A stretch of DNA of 64,000 bases, taken from the NCBI GenBank assembly GCA_041891055.1, contig CP169074.1:1760001-1824000 (forward strand). Reading direction: 5' to 3'. A program made the translations under genes and the position numbers. The notes under the pieces are model-generated. The model was not told where the DNA came from, ran no database searches, and saw nothing but the letters and a program-made list of their open reading frames with translations. Position 1 is the first letter of the stretch, and every line of letters starts with the position of its first letter. Positions 17,998 to 28,679 of this stretch are shown piece by piece. The DNA comes from Halorutilales archaeon Cl-col2-1. GTDB taxonomy: Archaea > Halobacteriota > Halobacteria > Halobacteriales > Afararchaeaceae.

Positions 17998-19584
17998 ATG
18001 GACGACTCGTCTGACATAGACACCGGGAGTCTGAGACCGAGAGAGTTAGCCAAGGTCGTTGTTCGTGTGTGGCGTGAGAGAGGACACAGAGCCGCTGTCA
18101 AGACACACGACTCCGACGTATTCGTCGTCACGAGAAGCCGATCCGAGTCATACCCAGACTCCGGGTACGATCGTCTTATCTTGGTCAAGACGTCGGGTAG
18201 CTTCGGTCAAGACGACGCCGAGTACCTACTCAGGACTGCGTCGCGAGCAAATGCGTCTAAGGCTTACGTCGTCCACACCGACACTGTCGAATTACTCGTC
18301 GACACCGACGACATACAGTTCGTTCCCGCGCGGCGTCTGTTGGACGAAGTCGACCCCGACGACGTGACAGATCTCAGCGCGGATGACTCCATACTTATCG
18401 ACAGACGCCGACTCCTCCTCGCAGCAGCCACAGTAGCGGGTCTCGGGATTGGAGTTACTCTCGTACTCAACCTCTTAAACTCCCCGAATGAGGTAAATCC
18501 TGGCTCGACGTCTTCCGGGACAGTCCCATCGGATGATCCGTCGGCGTGGTCACAGTTCCAGCACGACGCCGCGAACACGGGATACATCTCCTACGGTACC
18601 GAGGACAGTCTTACGGATACGTGGAGTTACCCGACCCGGGGCTCCCTCGTCTCGTCGCCCGCAGTCGCCGACGGTAGAGTCTTCTTCGGAAGTAAAGACG
18701 GAAGCCTCTACGCCGTAGACTCCGAGACGTCTGAGACGGCTTGGAGTTACAGTACTCGGGCTGGGATTGCCTCGTCGCCCGCAGCCGTCGGCGATCGAGT
18801 CTATGTCGGGAGCAATGACGGAAGTCTCTACGCAGTCGACGCCGAGTCGGGCGACCGAATCTGGGAACACTCCACGGACGGAGGCGTCGTCTCGTCACCC
18901 GCAGTCGTCGGAGGAACTGTCTTCTTCGGAAGCAGGGACGCGAGTCTCTACGCAGTCGACGCCGAGTCAGGCGACCGTCTCTGGAGCTACGAGACGGGGT
19001 TCGACGTCGTCTCGTCACCCGCAGTCGTCGGAGGAACTGTCTTCTTCGGAAGTAGGGACGCGAGTCTCTATGCAGTCGACGCCGAGTCGGGCGACCGTCT
19101 CTGGAGATACGAGACCGGAGAGCCCGTCAACTCGTCTCCGGCAGCTGTCGACGGCACTGTCTACTTCGGGGGTCTCGACTCGAACCTCTACGCAGTCGAC
19201 GCTGATACGGGCGAGGAGACCTGGAGAAAATCGACAGATGGTCAGATCAGATCCTCGCCGGCTGTCGATGTCGAGGATGACAGGATATACGTCTCTTCTC
19301 TCGACCGACGTCTCTACTGTCTGACCTTGGACGGTGACGAGGTCTGGACCTACGACGCCCGAAGCCAGATGAGACCTTCTCCAGCCGTCACACGTAACAC
19401 CGTCTATGTCGGCGACTCCGACGGTGTGCTACACGCCGTCGACGCCGAGTCGGGGGATCGAGTTACGACACATTCACTTGGCGAAAGGATAATTTCATCT
19501 CCCGCTGTTGTTGAGGGCTCGCTCTATGTCGGGGACGACTCCGGCGAGCTACATTCTCTCGGACTCGTGGAGACTGACGGCTGA
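17998..19584 (+). CDS. PQQ/BamB-type beta-propeller repeat protein with N-terminal degenerate Mrr-like domain and one TM helix
   Basis: About eight SSPAVxxGxVFFGSxDxxLYAVDAxSGxxxW repeats; WSQFQHDAANTG; start re-called at MDDSSD. Confidence 0.8.
   Translation: MDDSSDIDTGSLRPRELAKVVVRVWRERGHRAAVKTHDSDVFVVTRSRSESYPDSGYDRLILVKTSGSFGQDDAEYLLRTASRANASKAYVVHTDTVELLVDTDDIQFVPARRLLDEVDPDDVTDLSADDSILIDRRRLLLAAATVAGLGIGVTLVLNLLNSPNEVNPGSTSSGTVPSDDPSAWSQFQHDAANTGYISYGTEDSLTDTWSYPTRGSLVSSPAVADGRVFFGSKDGSLYAVDSETSETAWSYSTRAGIASSPAAVGDRVYVGSNDGSLYAVDAESGDRIWEHSTDGGVVSSPAVVGGTVFFGSRDASLYAVDAESGDRLWSYETGFDVVSSPAVVGGTVFFGSRDASLYAVDAESGDRLWRYETGEPVNSSPAAVDGTVYFGGLDSNLYAVDADTGEETWRKSTDGQIRSSPAVDVEDDRIYVSSLDRRLYCLTLDGDEVWTYDARSQMRPSPAVTRNTVYVGDSDGVLHAVDAESGDRVTTHSLGERIISSPAVVEGSLYVGDDSGELHSLGLVETDG
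18884..19116 (+). repeat. Near-identical 120-bp tandem repeat within the propeller gene
   Basis: GTCGTCTCGTCACCCGCAGTCGTCGGAGGAACTGTCTTCTTCGGAAG... occurs twice with a 120-bp period. Confidence 0.85.
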
Positions 19585-19683
19585 CTCAGCCCCAGCCCCT
19601 TTCTCTAAGCGGAAGGAATTTTTTGGTTTACCAAAAAATCCTTGGCAATTTTTAGGTAGCTGGAGAACATACGGATTACTGAG

Positions 19684-20481
19684 ATGGGACTGATAGCCAA
19701 CCTCAGCCTGGTCTTCGTAGCCGGGTTCATTACGGCGTTAGCCACAGGCGTAGGAGCGCTCCCTTTCTTCATATTCGACGAGATAGAGGATCGGTGGAAC
19801 GTCGTCCTCTGGGGACTCGCCTCGGGGATCATGGTATCTGCGTCCGTCTTCGGTCTCGTCGAGGAGGGTCTGAACGAGGGAACTGTCTGGGAGATACTCC
19901 CCGGAGTCGGAGTCGGTATCCTCCTCGTCGTCGTTAGCCACCATTTCATAGTCAACGCCGACGTCGACCCGCGTGAGTACGAGGAGGCTGACTTCAAGAA
20001 GCTTCTCATCATACTCGGAATACTCACCGTACACAGCTTTCCCGAGGGAGTCGCGGTCGGTGTCTCTTTCGCTGACCTCAACCTCGGTGTCGGGCCCGAG
20101 ATCCTCGGTTTCACAGTTCCCGCCCTCGCTGTCTTCATGACTCTCGCTATCTCGATACACAACGTCCCAGAGGGAACCGCGGTGGCGATACCCCTTAAGA
20201 CGATGGGTGTCTCGAAATGGAAGATGGTCTGGTGGGCTGTATTCTCAAGCCTTCCCCAGCCGATAGGTGCTGTGATAGCATTCGCCTTCGTCCGTATCGC
20301 GCGTGAGTTCCTGCCGTTCGGCTTCGGCTTCGCGGCGGGTGCGATGGTCTTCCTCGTACTCACTGAGTTCATACCCGAAGCTCTCGAAACCGGCGAGGAC
20401 CTCCCTAGAGGCGGAAAGGTCGAGTTACTCTCAGGGATCGCCCTCGGAGTCCTCATAATGCTTCCCCTCAACATGGTCTGA
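19684..20481 (+). CDS. ZIP family metal transporter (GufA/ZupT-like)
   Basis: HSFPEG and HNVPEG metal motifs, GFAAGAM, multiple TMs. Confidence 0.92.
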   Translation: MGLIANLSLVFVAGFITALATGVGALPFFIFDEIEDRWNVVLWGLASGIMVSASVFGLVEEGLNEGTVWEILPGVGVGILLVVVSHHFIVNADVDPREYEEADFKKLLIILGILTVHSFPEGVAVGVSFADLNLGVGPEILGFTVPALAVFMTLAISIHNVPEGTAVAIPLKTMGVSKWKMVWWAVFSSLPQPIGAVIAFAFVRIAREFLPFGFGFAAGAMVFLVLTEFIPEALETGEDLPRGGKVELLSGIALGVLIMLPLNMV

Positions 20482-20544
20482 TCATCCCAACCCAAGACTT
20501 AGTACCGTAGGCGACTAATCCGGACTCGGACTAATTAGACACAG

Positions 20545-21852
20545 ATGTTTGACCGCCTTCTAGATATCTTCGGGAGCGAGGAAGACCAAGCCCTCGAAAC
20601 CACATACTCCGACGCAGCCGACGACTTCAGGACTCTCCGGGAAGACGATATAAAGAAAGCAAAGGACGAGTACGCACGTCTCAGGGATGAGATCGAGGAC
20701 ACACTCGTGAGACTCGACGACGAACTCGCGGAGATGCAAGGACAGAGCTACGATGAGTCGGTTATCGAGGACGTCATGCAGAATGTCTTGAGACAGAGAC
20801 GCGGACTGATAGACAGCGTCGATGTCTCAGATTCGGCTTCTGAGGACGGGACACGACCCAGCCCACGTCCTCGTGATCTGCGCGCCGAACTCGCCGACTT
20901 CATAGACGGCTTCCGTGACATGAACCGGAAGGAGATGGCTGTCATCAACGAGGTCGACCTTCCCGAGGGATTCTACTCAAGACTCGAGGAGATAGAGGAG
21001 TACTACGAGAAGCTCGGCGAACTCGTCGAGTCGGAGTTCTCGGCTGTCGAGACCTATGAGTCGCTAGACGACGCCGTCGAGAGACGCACCTCCCTTATCG
21101 ACGAGGCCGAGGAGCTCCGTGGTGAGATAGACGATCTTGGGATCGAGGAAGATGAGGACGAGATACAGAGTAGACGTCAGAGGATAGACGAGTTAGAGGG
21201 TTCGGAGGACTGGGAGGATCTCCAGGAACTCAGGCAAGATCTCCAGGATCTCAGAGACGAGATAGACGCCGAAACCTCGGCACTCTCGAAGGCTGCCTCC
21301 GACGCGAACAGGGGTCTCAAGAAACTCCTCTACGAAGCCGAGAACTCCGACCTGTCATTCGCCTCCAACGTCGACACACGCGTCCTTCAGAGGCTCCGCG
21401 ACTCGGAGGTTTCGGATCTTCTCGACATCCAGCCCGCGACTGTCGAGGAGACCGTCGAGAGTCTCAGACGTGACCTCGAAGACGGCTTCGGCTCCGATGT
21501 TCTCGGGGAAAAGGGGACTCAGAAGCTGATCGACGCGTTGAGTGTCTTCGAGAACTTCTCCGAGACTGTCGAGACCATCGAGTCTGCGCGTGAGAGAGCC
21601 GATGAGATCGAGGAGAGGATTGAGGATCACGAGGTACGTGAGGAGAGGCGACGTCTCGAAGACGAGATCGAGAACCTCGAACGCACTGTCGAGAGGAAAC
21701 GTGAGACGCGCGAGTCTCTACGTGACCGTGTCGACGAGAAACACGACGAGATCGCCGAGGTCGAGGACAGGATAAGGAACATACTTGAGTCCGAGGCTGA
21801 CCGCGAAGTCGTACTCGAAGACGAGTACACTGACGGAGACAGGGAGGAATAG
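20545..21852 (+). CDS. Hypothetical acidic coiled-coil protein
   Basis: 435-aa ORF, heptad-rich, D/E-rich, host-like codon usage. Confidence 0.7.
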   Translation: MFDRLLDIFGSEEDQALETTYSDAADDFRTLREDDIKKAKDEYARLRDEIEDTLVRLDDELAEMQGQSYDESVIEDVMQNVLRQRRGLIDSVDVSDSASEDGTRPSPRPRDLRAELADFIDGFRDMNRKEMAVINEVDLPEGFYSRLEEIEEYYEKLGELVESEFSAVETYESLDDAVERRTSLIDEAEELRGEIDDLGIEEDEDEIQSRRQRIDELEGSEDWEDLQELRQDLQDLRDEIDAETSALSKAASDANRGLKKLLYEAENSDLSFASNVDTRVLQRLRDSEVSDLLDIQPATVEETVESLRRDLEDGFGSDVLGEKGTQKLIDALSVFENFSETVETIESARERADEIEERIEDHEVREERRRLEDEIENLERTVERKRETRESLRDRVDEKHDEIAEVEDRIRNILESEADREVVLEDEYTDGDREE

Positions 21853-21853
21853 T

Positions 21854-24181
21854 ATGCACGAGGGACATATCACCGAGGACGAGAGGTACATAGAAGCCTT
21901 CCTCGACGCATTCGACGACTTGCTCTACACACACACAGCCGACGGCGAACTTCTCGACTGGAACGGGGCAGTCAACGAGGTCACGGGCTACTCCGACGAT
22001 GAGATAGAGGAGATGAACGCTCTCGACTTCTTCGACGGCGAAGACAGGCAGACGATACGTGACGGGATCGAGGAGGCTGTCGAGACGGGAGACGCGAGGA
22101 GAGAGGCTAAAATCACTACTAAACACGGCGATGAGATTCCCTACGACTTCAGGGCTAAGGCGGTGAGTGAGTCCGACGACATAGTCATAGGCATAGGAAG
22201 GGGCGTCTCGGAGGCGAAGGACCGCGAGCACGAACTCGTCGAAGAGAGGGAGTACACCCGGCGTATACTCGATGCTGTCGACGACGTCTTCTACATACTC
22301 GACTCCGAAGGCGACGTCTCGCGGTGGAACGAGAGCTTCTTGGAGGTCACGGGGTACACGGAAGAAGAGATAGAGGGGATGAACGCAGTCGAGTTCTTCG
22401 AGGGCGAAGACAGGCACAGAATACGTGAGGTGGTCGACGAGATACTCGAAACCGGCAGCCGGAAGATCGAGGCGGATCTCGTGACTAAGCACGGCGACGG
22501 GATTTCCTATGAGTTCGTCGCCAACAGACTCGAAGACCCCGACGGAAACACAGTAATCGCTGGGATAGGGAGGGATATCACCGAACGCAGTGAGTATGAG
22601 GAGGAGCTAGAGAGGACGCGTGACCGTCTTGAGGAGGCACAGAGGGTTGCGGGCATGGGACACTGGTTATCTGACTTCGAGGATATCGACTGGTCAGACG
22701 AGGTATACAGGATATTTGGTGTCGACAAGGACGGCTTCGACCCGACACACGAAAGCTGGCTCGAACTCGTGCATCCCGACGACCGCGAAAGGGTAGAGAA
22801 GGCTTTCGAGGAGGCTCTCGAAAAAGACAATTACGACATAGATCACCGTATAATACGTCCTGACGGAGAGGTACGTGTAGTCCACGAGAGGGGCGACGTA
22901 CAGTACGAGGACGGTGAGCCCGTACGTATGCTCGGAACCGTGCAGGACGTCACGCGTGAGAGACGTATCAGGAGCCTACTCAACTCTATAAGGGATATAG
23001 CCCAGGCTGTTCTCGAAGCCGAGACAGCCGAGGAGGTCTACGGTTCGACTATGGAGGTTCTGTCTACGAGGAACGACTTAGGACACGACTACGCCTGTAC
23101 GTCGATAGGCGTCTTCGGTGACGACGGACACGAGGTCGAGGATATATATGACGCAGGAGAGATAGCCGACAACGCCGAAGACTGTGATGCGAGGTGGCGC
23201 GACGTCTATACCCGTGACTACGTAGACGAGGTCTTTGAGAAAGATGTCCTCGTCATAGATGACGTCACACAGCCGCCGTACCAGCAACACGAGAGGTCGA
23301 AGACACCCGTTCACGGTGCTGTCTCGGTACCCCTGAGACACAGAGGTGACGAGTACGGTATTATGACACTCCATCTCCCGCCCGACTCCGACTCCGACGT
23401 AGGAGACGACGACAGAGGCGTCTCGGAGGAGGTGACACGTCTCGTAGAGGAGATGGCTCACGACGTCTCTCTCGGTGTCTACTCGGTTGTGGCTGAGGAA
23501 AGGCTCGAACGTGAGAGGGACGAGCTAGCCCTGCTCAACCGGATAGTGAGACATGACATACGTAACGACATGAACCTCGTCTTAGGCTGGGGGGATATAC
23601 TCAGGGAACACGTCGACGACGACGGCGAGGAGTACCTCGACACTGTTCTCGACACGAGCCGTCACGTCGTCGATCTCACGAAGACGGCGAGGGACTACGT
23701 CGAGTCAATCGATATGGACGACGAGGTCGATGTAGAGCCGATCAGTCTTCGTGAGACTCTGGAGAAGTCGGTCGAAAAGAGACGTGAGACCTATCCCGGA
23801 GCCGAGTTTGTCGTCGAAGAAATCCCCGATGTCGAAGTCAAGGCGAACGATCTACTCTCGACTATCTTCAGGAATATACTCAACAACGCAGTACACCACA
23901 GCGACGCCGAAGTTCCGAGGATCGAGGTTTCAGCAGAGGAGGGAGACGGCGAAGTAGTAGTCTCTGTCGCCGACAACGGCTCCGGGATACCCGACGACCG
24001 GAAGGACGAGATCTTCGGAAAGGGCGAGAGGGGACTCGAAAGTGAGGGAACCGGAGTCGGTCTCTACCTCGTGAAGACACTCGTTGAGGGCTACGGCGGT
24101 GAGGTCTGGGTCGAGGACTCCGACCTCGGCGGTGCCGACTTCAAGGTCAGGCTCAGAATCACAGAGACTTCCCTCAGCTAA
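21854..24181 (+). CDS. PAS/PAS/PAS/GAF sensor histidine kinase
   Basis: Three PAS/PAC domains, GAF, LNRIVRHDIRN H-box, NILNNA, DNGSG, GTGVGL. Confidence 0.92.
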   Translation: MHEGHITEDERYIEAFLDAFDDLLYTHTADGELLDWNGAVNEVTGYSDDEIEEMNALDFFDGEDRQTIRDGIEEAVETGDARREAKITTKHGDEIPYDFRAKAVSESDDIVIGIGRGVSEAKDREHELVEEREYTRRILDAVDDVFYILDSEGDVSRWNESFLEVTGYTEEEIEGMNAVEFFEGEDRHRIREVVDEILETGSRKIEADLVTKHGDGISYEFVANRLEDPDGNTVIAGIGRDITERSEYEEELERTRDRLEEAQRVAGMGHWLSDFEDIDWSDEVYRIFGVDKDGFDPTHESWLELVHPDDRERVEKAFEEALEKDNYDIDHRIIRPDGEVRVVHERGDVQYEDGEPVRMLGTVQDVTRERRIRSLLNSIRDIAQAVLEAETAEEVYGSTMEVLSTRNDLGHDYACTSIGVFGDDGHEVEDIYDAGEIADNAEDCDARWRDVYTRDYVDEVFEKDVLVIDDVTQPPYQQHERSKTPVHGAVSVPLRHRGDEYGIMTLHLPPDSDSDVGDDDRGVSEEVTRLVEEMAHDVSLGVYSVVAEERLERERDELALLNRIVRHDIRNDMNLVLGWGDILREHVDDDGEEYLDTVLDTSRHVVDLTKTARDYVESIDMDDEVDVEPISLRETLEKSVEKRRETYPGAEFVVEEIPDVEVKANDLLSTIFRNILNNAVHHSDAEVPRIEVSAEEGDGEVVVSVADNGSGIPDDRKDEIFGKGERGLESEGTGVGLYLVKTLVEGYGGEVWVEDSDLGGADFKVRLRITETSLS

Positions 24182-24243
24182 TATCATGATATTTATAGAT
24201 TAAAGATAAATTTAATACAATACGTAGGTAATATTATAAATGT

Positions 24244-24756
24244 GTGACACAGATCGAACTTTCATCGAGTCAGTACCGTATACTTTCGTCGCTCGTGAGC
24301 CTCCACAGGGCGCGCGGTGAGCCTGTCAAGGGAAAGGAGATAGCCGAGGCGGTCGACAGAAACCCCGGGACTATACGTAATAAGATGCAGTCTCTCAAGG
24401 ATCTGAGCCTCGTCGAGGGCGTCGTGGGTCCCAATGGGGGGTACAAGCCGACCCAAGACGCCTACGAACTCCTCGAACTCGACGAGTCGGGCGACCTCAA
24501 CAGCCTGCCTCTTCTCAGAAACGGCTACCCCGTTGAGGGCGCGACTGTCGCCGAGATCGATCTCAAGAGCGTACACCATCCGACCCTCTGTCGAGCCGAG
24601 ATGAACATAAAGGGCGACATACACGAGTTCCACGAGAACGATAAGATAAAGATAGGTCCGACTATCTACGGCTTCATAATCTACGGAACCGTCGACATCA
24701 AGGACGACGACAGCCGTAGGATAGTAGTCGGAGTCGACGAGATGAAGGTCGTCTGA
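24244..24756 (+). CDS. HrcA-like winged-helix transcriptional regulator (haloarchaeal type)
   Basis: IELSSSQYRIL, VKGKEIAEAVDRNPGTIRNKMQSLK, GVVGPNGGYKPT. Confidence 0.8.
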   Translation: MTQIELSSSQYRILSSLVSLHRARGEPVKGKEIAEAVDRNPGTIRNKMQSLKDLSLVEGVVGPNGGYKPTQDAYELLELDESGDLNSLPLLRNGYPVEGATVAEIDLKSVHHPTLCRAEMNIKGDIHEFHENDKIKIGPTIYGFIIYGTVDIKDDDSRRIVVGVDEMKVV

Positions 24757-24874
24757 GATCCACTCGTCGTCGACATCTTGGATTTTTCCGGTCTTTTCTA
24801 CTTATTAGAAAAGGTTTAAAATAGCCAAGGACTAGTGTGTCTTAGACTTGACCGCCGTTCGATCCGAGTAAATA

Positions 24875-27462
24875 ATGAAGCTGACACAGACTGAAGAGAA
24901 GATAGAAATTATTCTCGTCGAGGAGGAGTCGGAGTTCGCCTCGAAGATACGTGACGACATCTCCGAGGCGGGAAGATTTCTTTTCGACCCCGACTACCGG
25001 CTCACACACGTCGAGACGGTCTCGGAGGCACGGAGACGTCTTGAAGACTCCACCGACGTAGTTCTTCTCGACATCGAGACCGGGACGGGGGTCGGAAGCT
25101 TTGACAGCCTCGACCGACTCACCGACACGGATGTACCTGTGGTCGTACTCACGGATCTCACCAATAAGGAGAACGCAGTCGAGGCTATCGAGAGGGGTGC
25201 TCAGGACTACCTCGATAGAAAGGAGGTGAGTCCCGAGGCACTTGCGCGTTCGATACGTTACGCAGTCGAGAGAAACACGCAGAGACGTGAGCTGAGACGG
25301 ACTAAGACGAAGTACGAGTCGCTCTTCGAGGGATCTCCCGACCCTGTCATTCTCTCCGACAGAACTACGGGAGAGATAGTCGAGGCGAACTTGAAGGCTT
25401 CGAGCCTCGTAGGCTACTCCGACCACGAGATAGTCGGGATGAATCAGTCGGAGCTACATCCCGATGAAGAGAGATATAAGAGCCTGTTTGAGAGGGTCAA
25501 GGAGGACGACAGCCCCGTGTCGGAGTTCGAGGACGGCTCGCAGATATACGTGGTTACCGCCGACGGTGAGAGGATACCCGTCGAGATCTCCGTCTCGGAG
25601 GTCGGCGTCGACGGCAGAGACCTCATATACGGTGTCTTCCGCGATATATCCGACAGGAGAGACCGTGAGTCTGACCTAGAGAGGTACGAGGACGTCGTTG
25701 AGAGCCTACGTGTCGGCGTCTACAGAAACACTCCCGGAGAAGAAGGTGACTTTATCGAGGTTAACTCGGCTATGGTCGACCTCTTCGACGCCGACTCGGA
25801 GGAGGAGCTACTCGAAACCCATGTCTCGGATCTCTATGTAGACCCCGAGAAGAGAACCGAGTTGAGTGACGAACTCATGCAGAAGGGCTACGTCGAGGGC
25901 AGAGAGGTTAGACTCAGGACGCTTGAAGGCAACGAGTTCTGGGCTTCGGTAACCGCCACGAGAGAGTTCGACACCGACGGCGAGGTCTACTTCGACGGAA
26001 CTCTGAGGGACGTGACCGAGAGGAAGAAACGCACGAGGGATCTCCGGCGTGTCAAGAGAGTCGTAGACGAGGCTCCTATCAGCGTGAGTATAACCGACCC
26101 AAGGTACGACGACAACCCCATAGTCTATGTCAACGACAGGTTCACCGAGATCACGGGGTACACTAAGGATGAGGTCGTGGGAAGGAACTGCCGTTTCCTA
26201 CAGGGAGACGACACCGACGACGAGACTGTCGCCGAGATACGTGAGGCGATAGAAGACGAGCGCCCAATAAAGACAGAGGTACTCAATTACCGGAAGAACG
26301 GCGTCGAATTCTGGAATGAGCTACATATAGCGCCTATATACGGCTCCGACGGTCAACTCACTAACTTTGCCGGTTTCCAGATCGACGTTACTGACGAGGT
26401 GAGGAGGGAACGCAGGCTGGAGAGGTACCATAGTCTCGTCGAGAACCTTCCGGTGGGCATCTACCGTAAGATGCCCGAGAAGGACGGACGTCTCGTCGAG
26501 GTCAACCCGGCTCTTGCGTCGATATTTGGGGCTGATTCTGAGATAGACCTACTCGGGGTTCCTCTCAAGAACCTCTACTCCAACGTCGAGGATTACGACG
26601 ACTTCCTAACTGAGATCGACTCCGAGGGCGTCGCGACGAAGGAGCTACGTATGAAGACAGTCGACGGAGACGAGTTCTGGGCGATGATGACGGCTTACCA
26701 GTTCGAGTCGGACGAAGGTGAGACGTATATCGACGGCATGGTTCACGATATTACCGAGAGAAAGGAGTACGAGAGGGAGCTAGAGGAGAGGAACTCCGAG
26801 CTTGAGCTTCTCAACCGGATAGTCAGACACGACATACGTAACGACATGCAGGTCGTACTTGGGATGAGCCAGGCTCTCGAAGCCGACATAGACGACGACA
26901 GACTCGACCGTGTCATAGAGAACAGCCAGACGTGATAGAGCTAACGAAGACGATGCGTGATCTGATGGAGACTATGATGTCGGAGTCCGAGGAAGTCGAT
27001 CTCGAAGCCGTGAACCTCCGACAGATCATCGAGAATCAGGTCGACGAGGTCATGAGCTCGTACGAGAGGGCTGAGGTCACGACCGAGAAGACCGACATCG
27101 ACTCTACTGTCGAAGCTGACAGTATGATCTCGTCGGTCTTCAGGAACCTGCTGGAGAACGCAGTACACCACAACGACGCCGAAGTTCCGAGGATCGAGGT
27201 TTCAGCAGAGGAGGAAGACGGTGAAGTAGTAGTCTCTGTCGCCGACAACGGTCCGGGTGTCCCCGACGACCGGAAGGACGAGATCTTCGGAAAGGGCGAG
27301 AGGGGGCTCGAAAGCGAGGGAACCGGAGTCGGTCTCTACCTTGTGAAGACACTCGTCGACAGGTACGGCGGTGAGGTCTGGGTCGAGGACTCCCAACTCG
27401 GCGGTGCCGACTTCAAGGTCAGGCTCAGAATCACAGAGACAGGAGCCGAGATAGAGACGTGA
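24875..27462 (+). pseudogene. Receiver-PAS-PAS-LOV-PAS histidine kinase split by a 1-nt frameshift near 26929 (ORFs 24875-26935 and 26932-27462)
   Basis: Receiver domain, LOV signature GRNCRFLQG, H-box RHDIRN; HATPase domain continues in another frame (AGC CAG -AC GTG ATA GAG). Confidence 0.8.
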
Positions 27463-28674
27463 CTATCCGATGTATCCCTGTGTCGAAGCCGTCGATACTG
27501 GGGCGAACCTGACACTCACCACGGTTCCTGTCTCCGACGACTCCGCCTCGACCTCGGCGTCGAGAATCTTCGAGACGTAGTAGACTAGCGACAGTCCGAG
27601 ACCGCTCCCGTGTCTCAGAGGCTCCTCGTCGCCTCGTGACAGAACCGAGAGATCCTGTTCCGACATACCGGGACCGTCATCCGAGACAGTGACTGTGACC
27701 CCTGATTCAGAGGCTTCGACTTCCACGTCTACCTTGACAGTCGGGGACTCGCCCGCGTGCTCGGCGGCGTTCTCCAGAAGCTCCTTGAATACCAGCTTCG
27801 CCCTCGGTGCGGCGAGAGCCACAGCCTCCGAGGATTCGGGCGGTATGACCGAGACCGAAACAGAGGCGTTGGGGTACTTGTCGCGAGCTTCATCTACGGC
27901 TTCCTCGACGAGACTCAGAACATCGGTCGGACGTGGTATCGGAGGCTCCGTGATCTGGTCTTCGAGCCTCCTCGCCTTCTCACTTAGACTGAGTATCTCG
28001 TCGGTCTTCTCACGTATCATCGCCGCCGCCTCGGCGTCTCTATCACCCTCCCGCGTCTCCTCGATCATATCCGCGTATCCCGAGATCACGTTCATGCCGT
28101 TTCTGAGGTTGTGGCGCAGGACACGGTTGAGTACGCTTATAAGCTCGTCGCGGCGAGTTATCTCTGAGGTGTATCTGTGGTTCCGTATCACCGACCCGAC
28201 GAGTTCGCCGACGAGTTCGACGAATACTCTCTCTGTCTCGGTGAAAGGATCACAGGCTTCGGACGAAGAGAAACACGCCGTGCCGTACGGCTCGCCGTCG
28301 ACTAGTACCGGGGTTCCGTGGTAACATCTCATACCCGATTTCTCGTACGCCGGATCGTTCTCCCAGCCCTCGTTGGGCGCGTCACTGATGTCGATCCGTG
28401 ACCTCGTACGTACGACTTCACGGCAGTAGGTCTCTCCGAGTTCGCGCTCTTTTCCCTCTGCGACCTTGCCGTCGGGAGGATCGGTGCTCACGACCGTCTC
28501 CCATCTGTCTTCGTCGATGTCGGTACGTGCCAAGTAGCCGTGGTCGACTCCGAGATAGTCGCGCCCGACCGAGAGGAGACGTCTGATCTTATCCTTGACC
28601 GGGAGGCTCTCACGCATTACTGCGTAGAGCTCTCGGCGTGCCTCGCCTGGGTCTCTCTCGGTGTCTCGGATCAT
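27463..28674 (-). CDS. GAF-domain sensor histidine kinase
   Basis: GAF (TYCR, CYHGTPV), LNRVLRHNLRN, ELLENA, DDGPG, HGSGLGL. Confidence 0.9.
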   Translation of the reverse strand: MIRDTERDPGEARRELYAVMRESLPVKDKIRRLLSVGRDYLGVDHGYLARTDIDEDRWETVVSTDPPDGKVAEGKERELGETYCREVVRTRSRIDISDAPNEGWENDPAYEKSGMRCYHGTPVLVDGEPYGTACFSSSEACDPFTETERVFVELVGELVGSVIRNHRYTSEITRRDELISVLNRVLRHNLRNGMNVISGYADMIEETREGDRDAEAAAMIREKTDEILSLSEKARRLEDQITEPPIPRPTDVLSLVEEAVDEARDKYPNASVSVSVIPPESSEAVALAAPRAKLVFKELLENAAEHAGESPTVKVDVEVEASESGVTVTVSDDGPGMSEQDLSVLSRGDEEPLRHGSGLGLSLVYYVSKILDAEVEAESSETGTVVSVRFAPVSTASTQGYIG

Positions 28675-28679
28675 GTCAG

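Noticed and set aside
19614-19643. AT-rich inverted repeat upstream of the ZIP transporter
   Set aside because: Could be a terminator or a metal-regulator operator; cannot be distinguished from sequence alone.
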